Notes: generated from the letters alone by a model not told the origin. Counted from the first letter of the stretch, positions 1 to 10,341 are shown. The stretch is DNA of 64,000 nt from Bacteroidales bacterium (GCA_047638115.1 JBLJBB010000010.1:18172-82171), one strand, 5' to 3'. Translations and numbers: made by a program.

Positions 1-1808
1 TCTTTTTGGATAACAATCTAGGATGGGTTTCTGGGGCCGATCAAGTGATAAAAACAACGGATGGGGGAGAAAATTGGCTTTCTTTATCTCTTTTGCCCAC
101 CATGGTAGATTTGAATGATGTTTATTTTACATCACCCCTTGTAGGTTTTGTAGCTGCAGATTATGGGAGTTTGTTTAAAACTATAGATGGGGGTGCTACA
201 TGGAGTTCTGTATCTACAGGTACTTCAGATAACCTAAATCAAATATTTTTTGTAGATGATCAGATAGGGTTTATTGCCATGGATGAAGGTTATTTTTTAA
301 AAACGACGAATGGAGGTTCAACATGGAGCGTCAACTATACCACTGTTGATGAAGATTTTAATTGTGTTTGGTTTGAAGATCAAAATGTAGGATATTTGGC
401 TGGCTCATGGGGGACCGTACTGAAAACTACCAATGGAGGAACAAGCTGGACTCCTCAAACAACGAATAGTACCACCACTTTTTTTGCATGCAGTTTTATC
501 AATCAGAATGTTGGCTTTTTATGTTCAGCAGGAAATGGTGTTTTTAGTACAGTAAATGGAGGAACAACCTGGACCAGCATCCCGATTGGGGAATACGATT
601 ATTTGTATGGTATTTATGCCGTCAATAGTTCAAAAATTATCACAGTAGGAGAAAATGGAGTGATCTGGACTTCTGTAGATGGTGGAAATAATTGGGTAAA
701 CAAACAACAATTTATCCATGAGAGCAGAACCTATGCCTCTATTGATTTTGTGGATGATAACATTGGATATATCACTGGAGATGAAGGATTTATTCTAAAA
801 ACAACCGATGGAGGAGCGAATTGGGACACCACAACAACTCCTGATCTATTATCAAATAAAAGAATTAGGTTTGCCAATCAGCAAACAGGTTGGGTTGTTG
901 GAATTATAGGGAGAATTTTTAAAACAGAAAATGGTGGAGATTCCTGGATTAGTCAGAATACAGGAAGTTTTTATCCCATAAATGGACTTTCTGTCTTCAA
1001 TGATCTTACTGCCTGGGTTTGTGGAAATAATGGAACCATTTTAAAAACAGCGAATGGAACTACCTGGGAAACACAGGTTTCCAATACAACTCAGAATTTA
1101 CAACAAATCAATTTTTTCAATGAAGATTTGGGATTAACAGTGGGTGTATCTGGGACCATTTTAAGAACTGTAAATGGTGGAACTACCTGGAGTTCGGTAA
1201 CTTCCGGAGTAACTACGCAAATTAATGATATATGTTTTCTGTCAGAAAACACTATTTTGGTTGGAACGATTAATGGGAAGATCCTAAAATCAATAAACGG
1301 GGGACAAAATTGGACAACCATCTCATTACCTGCAAATAGAGTTGTGAAATCGATACTAAAACTGACCAACGATACGATTGTAACTATATGCAATTATGGA
1401 TATTATTACTTTTCTACTAACGAAGGTCAAACATGGAACACGTTGTCAAATTTCACAAATTCTCCCATCGGGGAAATGACCTTAACCCCTTCTGGAAATT
1501 TGTATGTTTGCGGAAGTTTAGGAACAATTATGACTACCGCAAATATCAATGTTGGAATCAATGAATTTTCTGATACTCAAAATATGGCATTAAAAGTGTA
1601 TCCTAATCCCACAACAAATAATGTAAAGATTCCTAACATTAATAATGAAAGGATTGTCTATCAAATTTTTAATCAAAACGGATTGTTGGTGATGAGTGGA
1701 ATTACAGATGATAACTCCATAAATATGAATCCATTAAATAATGGATTCTATATCATTCAAATGATTATTAGAGATAGAAAATACGTAGCAAAAGTAGTAA
1801 AATACTAA
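1..1808 (+). CDS. BNR/Ycf48-like beta-propeller repeat protein with T9SS C-terminal sorting domain (5' end off-window)
   Basis: The reading frame is open to the left window edge. It holds at least 12 copies of a ~45-aa unit ending in T.(D/N)GG..W (TTDGGENW, TIDGGATW, TTNGGSTW, TVNGGTTW, SINGGQNW and others), enough for two propellers. The last ~75 aa (LKVYPNPTTNNVKI...GFYIIQM...AKVVKY) fit the type-A T9SS CTD pattern. Confidence 0.8.
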   Translation, partial: FLDNNLGWVSGADQVIKTTDGGENWLSLSLLPTMVDLNDVYFTSPLVGFVAADYGSLFKTIDGGATWSSVSTGTSDNLNQIFFVDDQIGFIAMDEGYFLKTTNGGSTWSVNYTTVDEDFNCVWFEDQNVGYLAGSWGTVLKTTNGGTSWTPQTTNSTTTFFACSFINQNVGFLCSAGNGVFSTVNGGTTWTSIPIGEYDYLYGIYAVNSSKIITVGENGVIWTSVDGGNNWVNKQQFIHESRTYASIDFVDDNIGYITGDEGFILKTTDGGANWDTTTTPDLLSNKRIRFANQQTGWVVGIIGRIFKTENGGDSWISQNTGSFYPINGLSVFNDLTAWVCGNNGTILKTANGTTWETQVSNTTQNLQQINFFNEDLGLTVGVSGTILRTVNGGTTWSSVTSGVTTQINDICFLSENTILVGTINGKILKSINGGQNWTTISLPANRVVKSILKLTNDTIVTICNYGYYYFSTNEGQTWNTLSNFTNSPIGEMTLTPSGNLYVCGSLGTIMTTANINVGINEFSDTQNMALKVYPNPTTNNVKIPNINNERIVYQIFNQNGLLVMSGITDDNSINMNPLNNGFYIIQMIIRDRKYVAKVVKY

Positions 1809-2089
1809 TCCACCATTAGCGCTTTATACTCAGGAATCCTGTTTAAGACTACGCTAACAAAAGGACAAATAGGGACAATTTTCAAATGGTTTGAAACTGC
1901 ATATTGAGCCATTTTAAGAACCAATTCTTTCCCAATTCCTTGTCCTTCAAACTGTGGACTAACTCCAGTATGGGTTACAGCGATGGTATGTTTATTTTCC
2001 CAGATATAGGTGATCTCTCCCGCTTTAGTCTCTTCGATAAAAACTTCAAAAGATCCATGTTGATCTGTATTGTTATGTTTAAATTCCAT
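1805..2089 (-). CDS. small GNAT-family N-acetyltransferase (YjdJ-like, ~94 aa)
   Basis: The size and the motif PQFEGQGIGKELVLKMAQYAVSNHLKIVPICPFV are typical of single-domain GCN5-related acetyltransferases. It lies 15 nt downstream of the hybrid kinase on the same strand. Confidence 0.65.
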   Translation of the reverse strand: MEFKHNNTDQHGSFEVFIEETKAGEITYIWENKHTIAVTHTGVSPQFEGQGIGKELVLKMAQYAVSNHLKIVPICPFVSVVLNRIPEYKALMVD

Positions 2090-2104
2090 GGTATTCTAAT
2101 TTAC

Positions 2105-4015
2105 TTAGCTATATTTTTCAATAATTTTCATAAGTTGCTCTTTTCTAATAGGTTTCACTAAATAGTCATTACAACCGACATTAATAAATTTGTATTCATC
2201 TCCTGATTGTGCGTAAGCAGTAGTGGCAACAATTGGCAAATGGGGTCTGAACTCTCTAATCAATTGCGTAGCTTCAATTCCATTCATGACTGGCATTTTA
2301 ATATCCATTAATACAAGCGATATTTGAGGATTATTTCTACAAAAATCGACAGCTTCAGCACCATTAACAGCATGAATATATTTGTGACCATGAATTTTAA
2401 ATAAAGTTTCTAAATATTTATAATTTAATTCATCATTTTCAGCAATGAGGATAAGAGGTTCTTCAATACAAGATCTAAAGTTTACTTTTGAATCGATATG
2501 AACAATTTCTCCTTGATTATAATCAAAAGGTAAAGAAAACATAAAGTTTGAACCCACTCCTTGTTGTGAATGCACTGAAATTGACCCTCCAATCAAATCG
2601 AGCATCCCTTTTGCTATGGTTAATCCCAGTCCACTCCCTTCATATCCTCGAGTCATGGATAGTTCTTCTTGACAAAACATATGAAATATATGATCTAATT
2701 TATCTTGTGCAATCCCTTTCCCAGTATCTTTCACAAAGAAATCAACTGAATGGATTGATATTTTGTATCCAACAGTTATGGTTCCATTATTTGTAAATTT
2801 TATAGCATTATCGATTAATTTTTCTAATATTTTCTGAACAAATTCAGCATCAGAATGGACCAAAATTTGCTCAGCATTTTTAGGAGTATCTATAATAAAT
2901 TCAATATCCTTATCTTGAATATTTTTTTTAAATTGATGCACCACTTCAGTAAAAAAATCATGAATATTAAATTCACTAATATAGGGCTTCATACTTGATG
3001 ACACCAGCATAGCAATATCCATATAATCAGAAACAGTTTTCATTAATCTATTGCTTGATTGTTGGATATGGTGATAGGTTTCTAATCGTTCCTCTTTAGA
3101 GAGATCATTCTCGGCTAAAAACTGTCCAAATCCGAGTATTCCATTTAAAGGAGTTCTAATTTCATGAGAAATATTATTGATAAATGCTGTTTTTAATCTG
3201 TCACTTTCCACTGCTTTTTCTTTAGCTTTCAGTAAATCCAGACTAATTTTTTTCTTTTCAGAAATATCATGAATTATAGAATGAAGATATTGTTTGTTAT
3301 GAATCGTAATTTTACTACTAAACACTTCAACATCTACAATAGTTCCATCTGATTTTTGGTGTTTAAATTCAAATTGAACTTTTTGGGACTCTTTTGCTCT
3401 TTCAATCTCTTTTTTTAATATCTCCTTATGAGTCATATTAATATCAAAGATTGTCTTCGTTTTTAAAACATCTGAGGGCCATCCATAAAAAGAAACAGCA
3501 GCATTATTCCCTTCTATAATTGCCCCTGTTTCAGGATCAATGATCAATTTTACAGCTGCATGGTTATTAAAAATAGTTCTAAACTTCTCCTCACTTTCAT
3601 GAAGTTCTTTGGCTGCTTTTAAATGTGCTTTTTTAATATTTGCTTCATCAAGTGCTCTTTGAACAGCAAATGGCAATCTATCAGGTCTATCTTTAAGAAC
3701 ATAATCAACAGCACCATTTTTCAACAATTCTATGGCTGTTTCCTCTCCAATTGATCCTGAAATGCAAATAAAGGGCGTTTCTGGACTAATTTGCTTGCTT
3801 GTTTCAAGAGCTCCGAAGGCATCATATCCCTGTAAAGTAAAGTCAGATAATATAATATCAAACTTTGCTTCATATAATGAAGATGTAAATGCTACCGCAT
3901 TGTCCACATGAGTTAAATCTAATTGATAACCTGCATTGATGAGCAATTCACAGATCAATTCTTTGTCATGAATAGAATCTTCTAAGAGAAGTAATTTAAG
4001 TTTACTATTTTTCAT
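2105..4015 (-). CDS. hybrid sensor histidine kinase/response regulator (REC-PAS-HisKA-HATPase-REC)
   Basis: N-terminal receiver (LLLEDS...DIILSDFTL). PAS region (EEKFRTIFNNHAAVKLIIDPETG). H-box ISHEIRTPLNGILG. ATPase G-boxes (DTGKGI, GSGLGLTIAKG). C-terminal receiver (ILIAENDE...VLMDIKMPVMNG...KP). Confidence 0.9.
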   Translation of the reverse strand: MKNSKLKLLLLEDSIHDKELICELLINAGYQLDLTHVDNAVAFTSSLYEAKFDIILSDFTLQGYDAFGALETSKQISPETPFICISGSIGEETAIELLKNGAVDYVLKDRPDRLPFAVQRALDEANIKKAHLKAAKELHESEEKFRTIFNNHAAVKLIIDPETGAIIEGNNAAVSFYGWPSDVLKTKTIFDINMTHKEILKKEIERAKESQKVQFEFKHQKSDGTIVDVEVFSSKITIHNKQYLHSIIHDISEKKKISLDLLKAKEKAVESDRLKTAFINNISHEIRTPLNGILGFGQFLAENDLSKEERLETYHHIQQSSNRLMKTVSDYMDIAMLVSSSMKPYISEFNIHDFFTEVVHQFKKNIQDKDIEFIIDTPKNAEQILVHSDAEFVQKILEKLIDNAIKFTNNGTITVGYKISIHSVDFFVKDTGKGIAQDKLDHIFHMFCQEELSMTRGYEGSGLGLTIAKGMLDLIGGSISVHSQQGVGSNFMFSLPFDYNQGEIVHIDSKVNFRSCIEEPLILIAENDELNYKYLETLFKIHGHKYIHAVNGAEAVDFCRNNPQISLVLMDIKMPVMNGIEATQLIREFRPHLPIVATTAYAQSGDEYKFINVGCNDYLVKPIRKEQLMKIIEKYS

Positions 4016-4027
4016 ATTTGGAATATT

Positions 4028-4471
4028 TCATTTTGTAAAAGTGGGGTGTTCATTAAGCATTGCCCAAAACACACCAATTTGTTTAACAGCATCTAAAAAA
4101 TCGTTAAAGTTGACTGGTTTAACAACGTATGCATTTACCCCTAAATCATAACATTTTTTTAAATCTGGTTCTTCACAAGAGGATGTTAACATTACAACGG
4201 GAATTGTTTTTAAATTTGGATCACTTTTAATGGTTGTTAAGACTTCAATACCATCCATTTTAGGCATTTTAATATCCAGCAATATAACTGCAGGATTTCC
4301 TTTCTCTCTATTTGAAAACTTACCCAAATAATTTAAATATTCCATGGCTTCAACACCATCTCCAACTGCTACAACAAGGTTTGCTAAATTGTATTCCGAC
4401 AATGCTTCAATCGTAAGTTCTACATCTTGTGGGTTATCTTCCACAATTAAAATTGTTTTTAAGTCGATCAT
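4028..4471 (-). CDS. single-domain CheY-like response regulator
   Basis: ILIVEDNPQD...ILLDIKMPKMDG...LTSS...KP receiver signature with no output domain. Its start overlaps the upstream kinase stop by 4 nt. Confidence 0.9.
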   Translation of the reverse strand: MIDLKTILIVEDNPQDVELTIEALSEYNLANLVVAVGDGVEAMEYLNYLGKFSNREKGNPAVILLDIKMPKMDGIEVLTTIKSDPNLKTIPVVMLTSSCEEPDLKKCYDLGVNAYVVKPVNFNDFLDAVKQIGVFWAMLNEHPTFTK

Positions 4472-6114
4472 AAAATATCCTCCATTTTTTTTGGTAAACT
4501 AAAATAAAAAGTTGCACCCTTATTGAGTTCAGCATCTGCCCACACTCTTCCGTAATGCTTATGAATAATTCTTTGTACATTGGCAAGACCAATTCCAGTC
4601 CCTTCAAACTCAGTTTGTGAGTGTAATCTTTGAAAAACTCCAAATAGTTTATGAACATACTTCATATCAAAACCAACCCCATTATCCTTAATAAAAAAAC
4701 AATATTCTGATTGAGTTTCTGTATATCCAATTGAGATTTTGGTTAATTCATTATTTCTTGTATACTTTAATGCGTTATCAATGAGATTGATCCAAACTAG
4801 TGATATGAGAGATGGATCAACTATAACCGTTGGTAATTGTTGAATCTCCCATACAATGTTTCTGTGTTTTATAACAGTATCTAACTTCTCAATTACATTT
4901 TTAATTACTTTATTACAATCAATTTTTTCCTTTTTTACTTCTTGTCGACCAGTTCTTGAAAACTGGAGTAAATCATCGATAAGAGTCCCCATTTGTTTTG
5001 CAGCATTTGAAACTGTTTTCAAATAATACTGAGCTTTATCTGGAAGGATATCATTATATTTAGTGTTTAACAAGTCCACATAACCATTAATATGCCTCAA
5101 AGGAGCACGTATATCGTGAGAAACAGAATAGGTAAAAGCTTCTAATTCTTTATTGGAAGATTCCAGTTGTGCTGTTCTTAGTTTCACTTTATCTTCTAAT
5201 TCTAGATTAAGTTTTTTTATTTTTTCATCTGTTTTTTTTCGTTCAGTAATATCTTGGAAAGAACCTCGAACTTTTACAATTTTACCATTTTCAATGATAG
5301 GTTCACCGATAGTTTGTACCCATTTTTGATTTCCTTTTGCTGTAACTAATTCTAATTCTAAGCTATAAGATTTTTGCATAGTGATAGCTTCATGAATAGC
5401 TTTTTCAATTTTAGAACGAGAACTTGGTTTATAAAAGGAGATTCCTAATTCTAGATTAGTTGGATTTTTTGGATCTAGATCATGTATTAAAGAGGTTTCA
5501 GCAGTCCAAGTCCCTTTTCCCGAGTGTGGATCGAACTCCCAACCCCCAATTTTGGCAACTTTCCCCATTTCATCTACTAGTTCTTTATACTCCAAAAAAT
5601 TCATTTTTTGAAATCCTAAATCGCTAATTAAGTGAGTCATATTTAGAATAAAATTCATAGCAGTTTGAACTTTTTCTTCTGAAATAACTGGTACTTCTAA
5701 TATTGCCTTAATATACTCATCTTCATTAAAGCCATACTGTTTGGCTTGCTTTCTAAAAAAAGCAATATCTGGTTCCTCAAAAAAAAATTGTCCTGAAAAT
5801 AGGTTCGCCACATGCTCATCTTTAATAATAATGGGAATTGCCACATCTACGAGTCCGTTTAGACATTTGTAAAAATGGTATTGATTTTGGACTGCTAGTT
5901 TATTTGCCAAAATTGTATCACTTTGTTTACATCTGGCAGCGGTTTCAGGATCTATTCTATGGAAATCTGTACAAATCCTTCTCCAACCAGATTTTGATAA
6001 AACATTGCCTTCTAGATCAAGAATTGCAGTAACAAAACCTGTTGTTTTATTAAACCCTTCAAGAAGAGCATCCACTTTTTCAAAATCAATAATTTTGTAC
6101 AATGCAGATTCCAT
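4468..6114 (-). CDS. cytoplasmic sensor histidine kinase with N-terminal PocR ligand-binding domain, PAS, HisKA, HATPase
   Basis: The N-terminal ~165 aa (TGFVTAILDLEGNVLSKSGWRRICTDFHRIDPETAARCKQSD...YKCLNGLVDVAIPIII...GQFFF) match the PocR sensory domain pattern. H-box VSHDIRAPLRHINGY. G-boxes DNGVGFD and GTGIGLANV. No TM segments. Confidence 0.8.
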   Translation of the reverse strand: MESALYKIIDFEKVDALLEGFNKTTGFVTAILDLEGNVLSKSGWRRICTDFHRIDPETAARCKQSDTILANKLAVQNQYHFYKCLNGLVDVAIPIIIKDEHVANLFSGQFFFEEPDIAFFRKQAKQYGFNEDEYIKAILEVPVISEEKVQTAMNFILNMTHLISDLGFQKMNFLEYKELVDEMGKVAKIGGWEFDPHSGKGTWTAETSLIHDLDPKNPTNLELGISFYKPSSRSKIEKAIHEAITMQKSYSLELELVTAKGNQKWVQTIGEPIIENGKIVKVRGSFQDITERKKTDEKIKKLNLELEDKVKLRTAQLESSNKELEAFTYSVSHDIRAPLRHINGYVDLLNTKYNDILPDKAQYYLKTVSNAAKQMGTLIDDLLQFSRTGRQEVKKEKIDCNKVIKNVIEKLDTVIKHRNIVWEIQQLPTVIVDPSLISLVWINLIDNALKYTRNNELTKISIGYTETQSEYCFFIKDNGVGFDMKYVHKLFGVFQRLHSQTEFEGTGIGLANVQRIIHKHYGRVWADAELNKGATFYFSLPKKMEDIL

Positions 6115-6242
6115 GACTTTATTTTTATAAACAACTTATAAATTTATTTACAAGTTACTTTCAACAAGAACACCCATTAATGTAAAATATTCCCCAAATA
6201 CCTAACTCTTCTTGTACAATTCCTAGTTATTCGTGTTGTGTG

Positions 6243-6297
6243 TTTTTTTTATTTGCAAATATAATAAATAATATATAATATATGCAAATAAAAAAAA
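6243..6297. repeat. perfect 15-bp inverted repeat with a 25-bp all-A/T spacer
   Basis: TTTTTTTTATTTGCA (6243-6257) and TGCAAATAAAAAAAA (6283-6297) are exact reverse complements. Confidence 0.9.
6256..6263 (-). promoter_or_regulatory. candidate -7 box TATATTTG (TAnnTTTG) for the PocR-kinase operon
   Basis: The plus strand reads CAAATATA. It lies 142 nt upstream of the 6114 start and inside the left arm region of a 15-bp inverted repeat. Confidence 0.4.
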
Positions 6298-6328
6298 AAT
6301 TAAATAATAAAAAAATTGTAAAATCCAC

Positions 6329-7252
6329 TTAGTTAAAACTATAGATTTGATTCACTTCTAGATTTAGTTTTTGAGAAAGTTTAGAAGATCCTGCAATATT
6401 AAGATGATCAGCATCTAAAAAGTCACATTGTGTAAATGTAGTATCTGAAAAATAATCTACAAAACTTAAATTTTTATATTTTAGAAGTAAGTCATCAATT
6501 TTGCCATAGGTCATTTTTAGTTGTTTTGGATCAACAAATTCACGATATTTTTCAAAGGCAGGTGGAAAAAATAGAATAACTTTTATCCCTTTTAACATAC
6601 AAATCTGAATAATTTCTTCAACTTCTTTGGAATTTTTTTCAAAATAAGGAGATGAAAGATATGTATGACGATGAGCAACATCATAAACAACCTCATCAAT
6701 AAAATTTGATTTTTTTGAACTACTATGAAACCCCCATCCTAAAGGGGAAACTTTAACTTCAGATGAATCATGAACATAGTAATCCATAATTCTTTGAAAA
6801 TTTTGTTTTGGGTTTACACTTAACAATTCGAAATAATCTTGTAGAGAAATTGCCGCATCTACTTGATAATAAATTGTATAATTTTTAAGTCTCCAAGATT
6901 CAGGACTAGATTGAAGATCCCAAAAAAAAGTAAAATATGATATAGGATAAAGTAATACTTTTAATTGATCCATTTTATCACCATATTTTTTAAATAATTT
7001 GAGATCAAATTCAGGTGTTTGAGCCAGGTTAGAAAGGTTAAAGCACTTATTGTTAAATAGATCGGGATTAACACCATAATAGGTATGTGAACTACCTAAC
7101 GTTAAAACTTCAATATCAGCACTCTGTTCTTTTAAGAATTTAAGTTTTGTATTGTAATCATTGGGAATATTGCGAATTAAGAATTCAGAACCGATCAATA
7201 ATGTAATCAAAGGAAGTAAAAAAAGGAGTGTTTTTAGGAGAAATTTTTTCAT
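6329..7252 (-). CDS. membrane-anchored hypothetical protein, possibly SGNH/DltD-like
   Basis: N-terminal TM/signal (LLKTLLFLLPLITLLIG). An early GSSHTYYG block and a late DADHLNIAGS block resemble blocks I and V of SGNH/DltD-type esterase-acyltransferases. This is a weak, motif-only call. Confidence 0.35.
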   Translation of the reverse strand: MKKFLLKTLLFLLPLITLLIGSEFLIRNIPNDYNTKLKFLKEQSADIEVLTLGSSHTYYGVNPDLFNNKCFNLSNLAQTPEFDLKLFKKYGDKMDQLKVLLYPISYFTFFWDLQSSPESWRLKNYTIYYQVDAAISLQDYFELLSVNPKQNFQRIMDYYVHDSSEVKVSPLGWGFHSSSKKSNFIDEVVYDVAHRHTYLSSPYFEKNSKEVEEIIQICMLKGIKVILFFPPAFEKYREFVDPKQLKMTYGKIDDLLLKYKNLSFVDYFSDTTFTQCDFLDADHLNIAGSSKLSQKLNLEVNQIYSFN

Positions 7253-7272
7253 ACAATAAAAACTAACAACCT

Positions 7273-8019
7273 CTATTTCAAATATTTTCTGCTAAAAAAT
7301 CTATATTTTATAATGCAATAAATGGCTCTAAATCCATCTTTCCAACCAATTTTTTTCCCTTCTTCGTAAGTTCTACCATAATAAGAGATCCCTACTTCAT
7401 ATATTCTGATCCCTTTAAATCTTGCAATTTTTTGAGTAACTTCTGGCTCAAATCCGAATCTATTCTCTTTAAAATATATTGATTTTATGATATCTGAACG
7501 GAATAGCTTATAACATGTTTCCATATCTGTAAGATTCAAATTTGTAAACATATTAGATAAAGAAGTTAGGAATTTATTTCCAATTGAGTGCCAATAAAAT
7601 AAAATTCGGTGAGGGTTTCCCCCAGCAAAACGAGATCCATACACTACATCAGCGAAACCATCTACAACTGGTTTTAGTAAAAGATTGTATTCTTCTGGAT
7701 CATATTCTAAATCTGCATCTTGAACAATTACATAATCTCCAGAGGCCTCTTCAAATCCTCTATGTAATGCGGCGCCTTTACCCATATTAAAGGGTTGATC
7801 ATAGTATTTAATTTCAAAATTTTGATGATCTATGGATTCGTTTTGGAACTGATTTATATATTTAATAATCACCCCTTTAGAATCATCTTTCGAACAATCG
7901 TTTACTAAAATAATCTCTTTTTGAATATTATTAATAAGTTGCACTCCAATGACTTTGTTTAAGATCAAATGAATCGTTTTTTCTTCATTATAAACAGGGA
8001 TTATAATAGATAGTTTCAT
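7273..8019 (-). CDS. family 2 glycosyltransferase (Dpm1/polyprenol-phosphate sugar synthase-like)
   Basis: [14 protein letters not shown]...VNDCSKDDS...[12 protein letters not shown], i.e. the GT2 DxD architecture. Confidence 0.85.
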   Translation of the reverse strand: MKLSIIIPVYNEEKTIHLILNKVIGVQLINNIQKEIILVNDCSKDDSKGVIIKYINQFQNESIDHQNFEIKYYDQPFNMGKGAALHRGFEEASGDYVIVQDADLEYDPEEYNLLLKPVVDGFADVVYGSRFAGGNPHRILFYWHSIGNKFLTSLSNMFTNLNLTDMETCYKLFRSDIIKSIYFKENRFGFEPEVTQKIARFKGIRIYEVGISYYGRTYEEGKKIGWKDGFRAIYCIIKYRFFSRKYLK

Positions 8020-8043
8020 AGTACGTTTTTTAACAAATTTATT

Positions 8044-10341
8044 TTATTCATCGAAAGCTGGTTTTCTTCTCTCTCTTTTTTGTTCATTACAACCATTTTG
8101 ATCTCCAACATATGCTTCTGGGATGGTAAATGAATATCCTGGATATTTTTCTGGATTAGCAATTACTTTAGCGTATGGGAGATTAGGATCAGCATAACAT
8201 TTTTGCATAAAAAGAGCAAAAACTGGCATTGCCGTTCTGGCACCTTGTCCTAATGCAGTAGTTCTAAAATGTGCAGCACGATCTTCACAACCAACCCAAA
8301 CACCACAAGTTATCATAGGAGTATAACCTACAAACCAGCCATCTGACTGATTATCTGTTGTTCCTGTTTTTCCACCCATGGGATATGTTATTTTATATTG
8401 ACCTGACAATCTTGCTCCAGTACCATGTTGAACTACACCTTGCATTAATCTTACAGTTTTAAAAGCAGTGATTTGATCTATTGCCTCATTGGTTTTGGGA
8501 ACATAGGTATGAATTACGTTTCCATTATTATCACATATTTTTGTAATAAATGATGGTTCAATATAAACACCTTGATTTGGGAAACAGTTTATGGCGCCCA
8601 CTTGTTCATATAATGATAGTTCACAAGCACCTAGAGCTATTGAAGGTACAGCAGGAATTTCTGAAGTGATCCCCATAGATTTTGCTTGTTGTATAACCGC
8701 TTGTGGACCAAATTGTTTCATTAAATAGGCAGATATATAGTTAATGGAATGTGCTAAAGCTTCACTTAAAGAGATCATTTGGCCATTTCTGTAATCACCA
8801 GAGTTTCTGGGTGTCCAAGTAGTTCCTTCTGGCAATTTAAAAGTAACAGGAACATTAGGCACCAATGTACAAGGAGAATACTCTCCTGATTGCATAGCTA
8901 CAGCATAAACATAAGGTTTAAATGTAGATCCAACTTGTCTTTTAGATAATTTCACATGATCGTACTGAAAATATCTATAATCTACACCTCCTACATATGC
9001 TTTAACAAAACCTGTATTAACATCCATGGCCATCATTCCACAATGTAAAAAAGATTTGAGATATCTTATTGAATCCATAGGCGACATTAATGTATCCACC
9101 ATACCTCTATCCCAGGTTAGCACTTTCATTTTTACCTTTTGATCAAACATTTTTCTAATCTCAGCATCTGTAGCACCAGCATCTTTCATAATTTCATATC
9201 TTTCTGATCTTTTCATAGCTGAAACCAGAATTTTTTCAGTTTCTTCTTTTGACAAGTTGTAAAAAGGTGGATTAGATGTATTTTTGATATGTTGAAAGAA
9301 CATAGGTTGAAGATAATTTGCAATATGCTCTTTTACAGCAGCTTCAGCATGTAACTGCATTCTAGAATCAATGGTTGTATAAATCTTTAAACCATCCTTA
9401 TAGATGTCATAATATGTACCATCTGGCTTTGGATTTTTTCTGCACCATTCCGTTAAATATAACCTTAAATACTCTCTGAAATAGGTGGCACTTCCTGTTG
9501 CATGATGTTGAATTTTATATTTGGAAATATCAATTGGGATTTTTTTTATGGAGTCAAATTGAGATTCTGTAAGATATTTATATTTTTCCATTTGGGAAAG
9601 GACAGTATTTCTCCTTAATAGTGAAGCATTTGGATTCTTTCTAGGACTATATTTTGTTGGGGCTTTTAACATACCCACTAAAAGCGCAGACTCTTCATTA
9701 TTGAGTTCTGAAGGGTGTTTTGCAAAAAAAGTAGCTGCGGCAGACTTTATTCCTACCGAATTACTTCCGAAATCGACTGTATTAAAGTACATAGCAATAA
9801 TTTCATTTTTTGAGTATTCTCTTTCCAGTTTTACTGCTACTACCCACTCTTTCAGTTTCGTAAAAATAACTTTAATTTTATTAGCATCAGGATCCCTAGG
9901 AAATAAGTTTTTGGCAAGTTGTTGGGTGATTGTACTTCCTCCACCTTTATGATTCCCTGTAATTACCCCAAAAAACACTCTTATCAATGCTCTTCCATCA
10001 ACACCAGAATGATTATAAAATCTAGCATCTTCAGTGGCAATTAATGCATTTACTAAAGAAGGATTTAATTCTTCAAATTTACATGGAGAGCGGTTTTCCA
10101 GATAGTACTTTCCTAATAATTCACCATCAGCAGAAAATACTTCAGTAGCTAAATTTGTTTTAGGATTCTCTAAATCTGCAAATGAAGGCATAAATCCTAA
10201 AAAACCTAAAGAGATGAATATAAATAAGATAAATACTAAAACTACACCACAAAAGTACGATATCCAAAAACGTTTAATCCAAATAGATTTTTGGGGTTTT
10301 GGTGTGTTACTCTTTTTTTTATTTGAAGGTTGATTATACAT
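8044..10341 (-). CDS. mrcA: penicillin-binding protein 1A (bifunctional glycosyltransferase/transpeptidase)
   Basis: GT51 motifs EDARFYNHSGVD and GGSTITQQLAKN. Transpeptidase motifs GSTFKP (SxxK) and KTGTT. The track ORF starts at a TTG (10371). I prefer the ATG at 10341 (MYNQPS...) because a minus-strand -7 box lies at 10376-10383. Confidence 0.9.
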   Translation of the reverse strand: MYNQPSNKKKSNTPKPQKSIWIKRFWISYFCGVVLVFILFIFISLGFLGFMPSFADLENPKTNLATEVFSADGELLGKYYLENRSPCKFEELNPSLVNALIATEDARFYNHSGVDGRALIRVFFGVITGNHKGGGSTITQQLAKNLFPRDPDANKIKVIFTKLKEWVVAVKLEREYSKNEIIAMYFNTVDFGSNSVGIKSAAATFFAKHPSELNNEESALLVGMLKAPTKYSPRKNPNASLLRRNTVLSQMEKYKYLTESQFDSIKKIPIDISKYKIQHHATGSATYFREYLRLYLTEWCRKNPKPDGTYYDIYKDGLKIYTTIDSRMQLHAEAAVKEHIANYLQPMFFQHIKNTSNPPFYNLSKEETEKILVSAMKRSERYEIMKDAGATDAEIRKMFDQKVKMKVLTWDRGMVDTLMSPMDSIRYLKSFLHCGMMAMDVNTGFVKAYVGGVDYRYFQYDHVKLSKRQVGSTFKPYVYAVAMQSGEYSPCTLVPNVPVTFKLPEGTTWTPRNSGDYRNGQMISLSEALAHSINYISAYLMKQFGPQAVIQQAKSMGITSEIPAVPSIALGACELSLYEQVGAINCFPNQGVYIEPSFITKICDNNGNVIHTYVPKTNEAIDQITAFKTVRLMQGVVQHGTGARLSGQYKITYPMGGKTGTTDNQSDGWFVGYTPMITCGVWVGCEDRAAHFRTTALGQGARTAMPVFALFMQKCYADPNLPYAKVIANPEKYPGYSFTIPEAYVGDQNGCNEQKRERRKPAFDE

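Noticed and set aside
1091-1393. 100-aa antisense ORF inside the propeller-repeat gene. The same applies to many other 60-106-aa track ORFs embedded in or antisense to long genes, e.g. 2548-2796, 5838-6032, 9701-9952, 11521-11724, 24568-24813, 29873-30193, 41394-41621, 48370-48579 and 61615-61863.
   Set aside because: Each lies fully within a much longer ORF that has clear family motifs. They have low-complexity or odd composition and no promoter motif. Such shadow ORFs are expected in AT-rich DNA.
6243-6297. Invertible promoter (inverton) flanked by the 15-bp inverted repeat.
   Set aside because: The segment between the arms is only 25 bp, far too short for a recombinase-flipped promoter. 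No tyrosine or serine recombinase gene is nearby.
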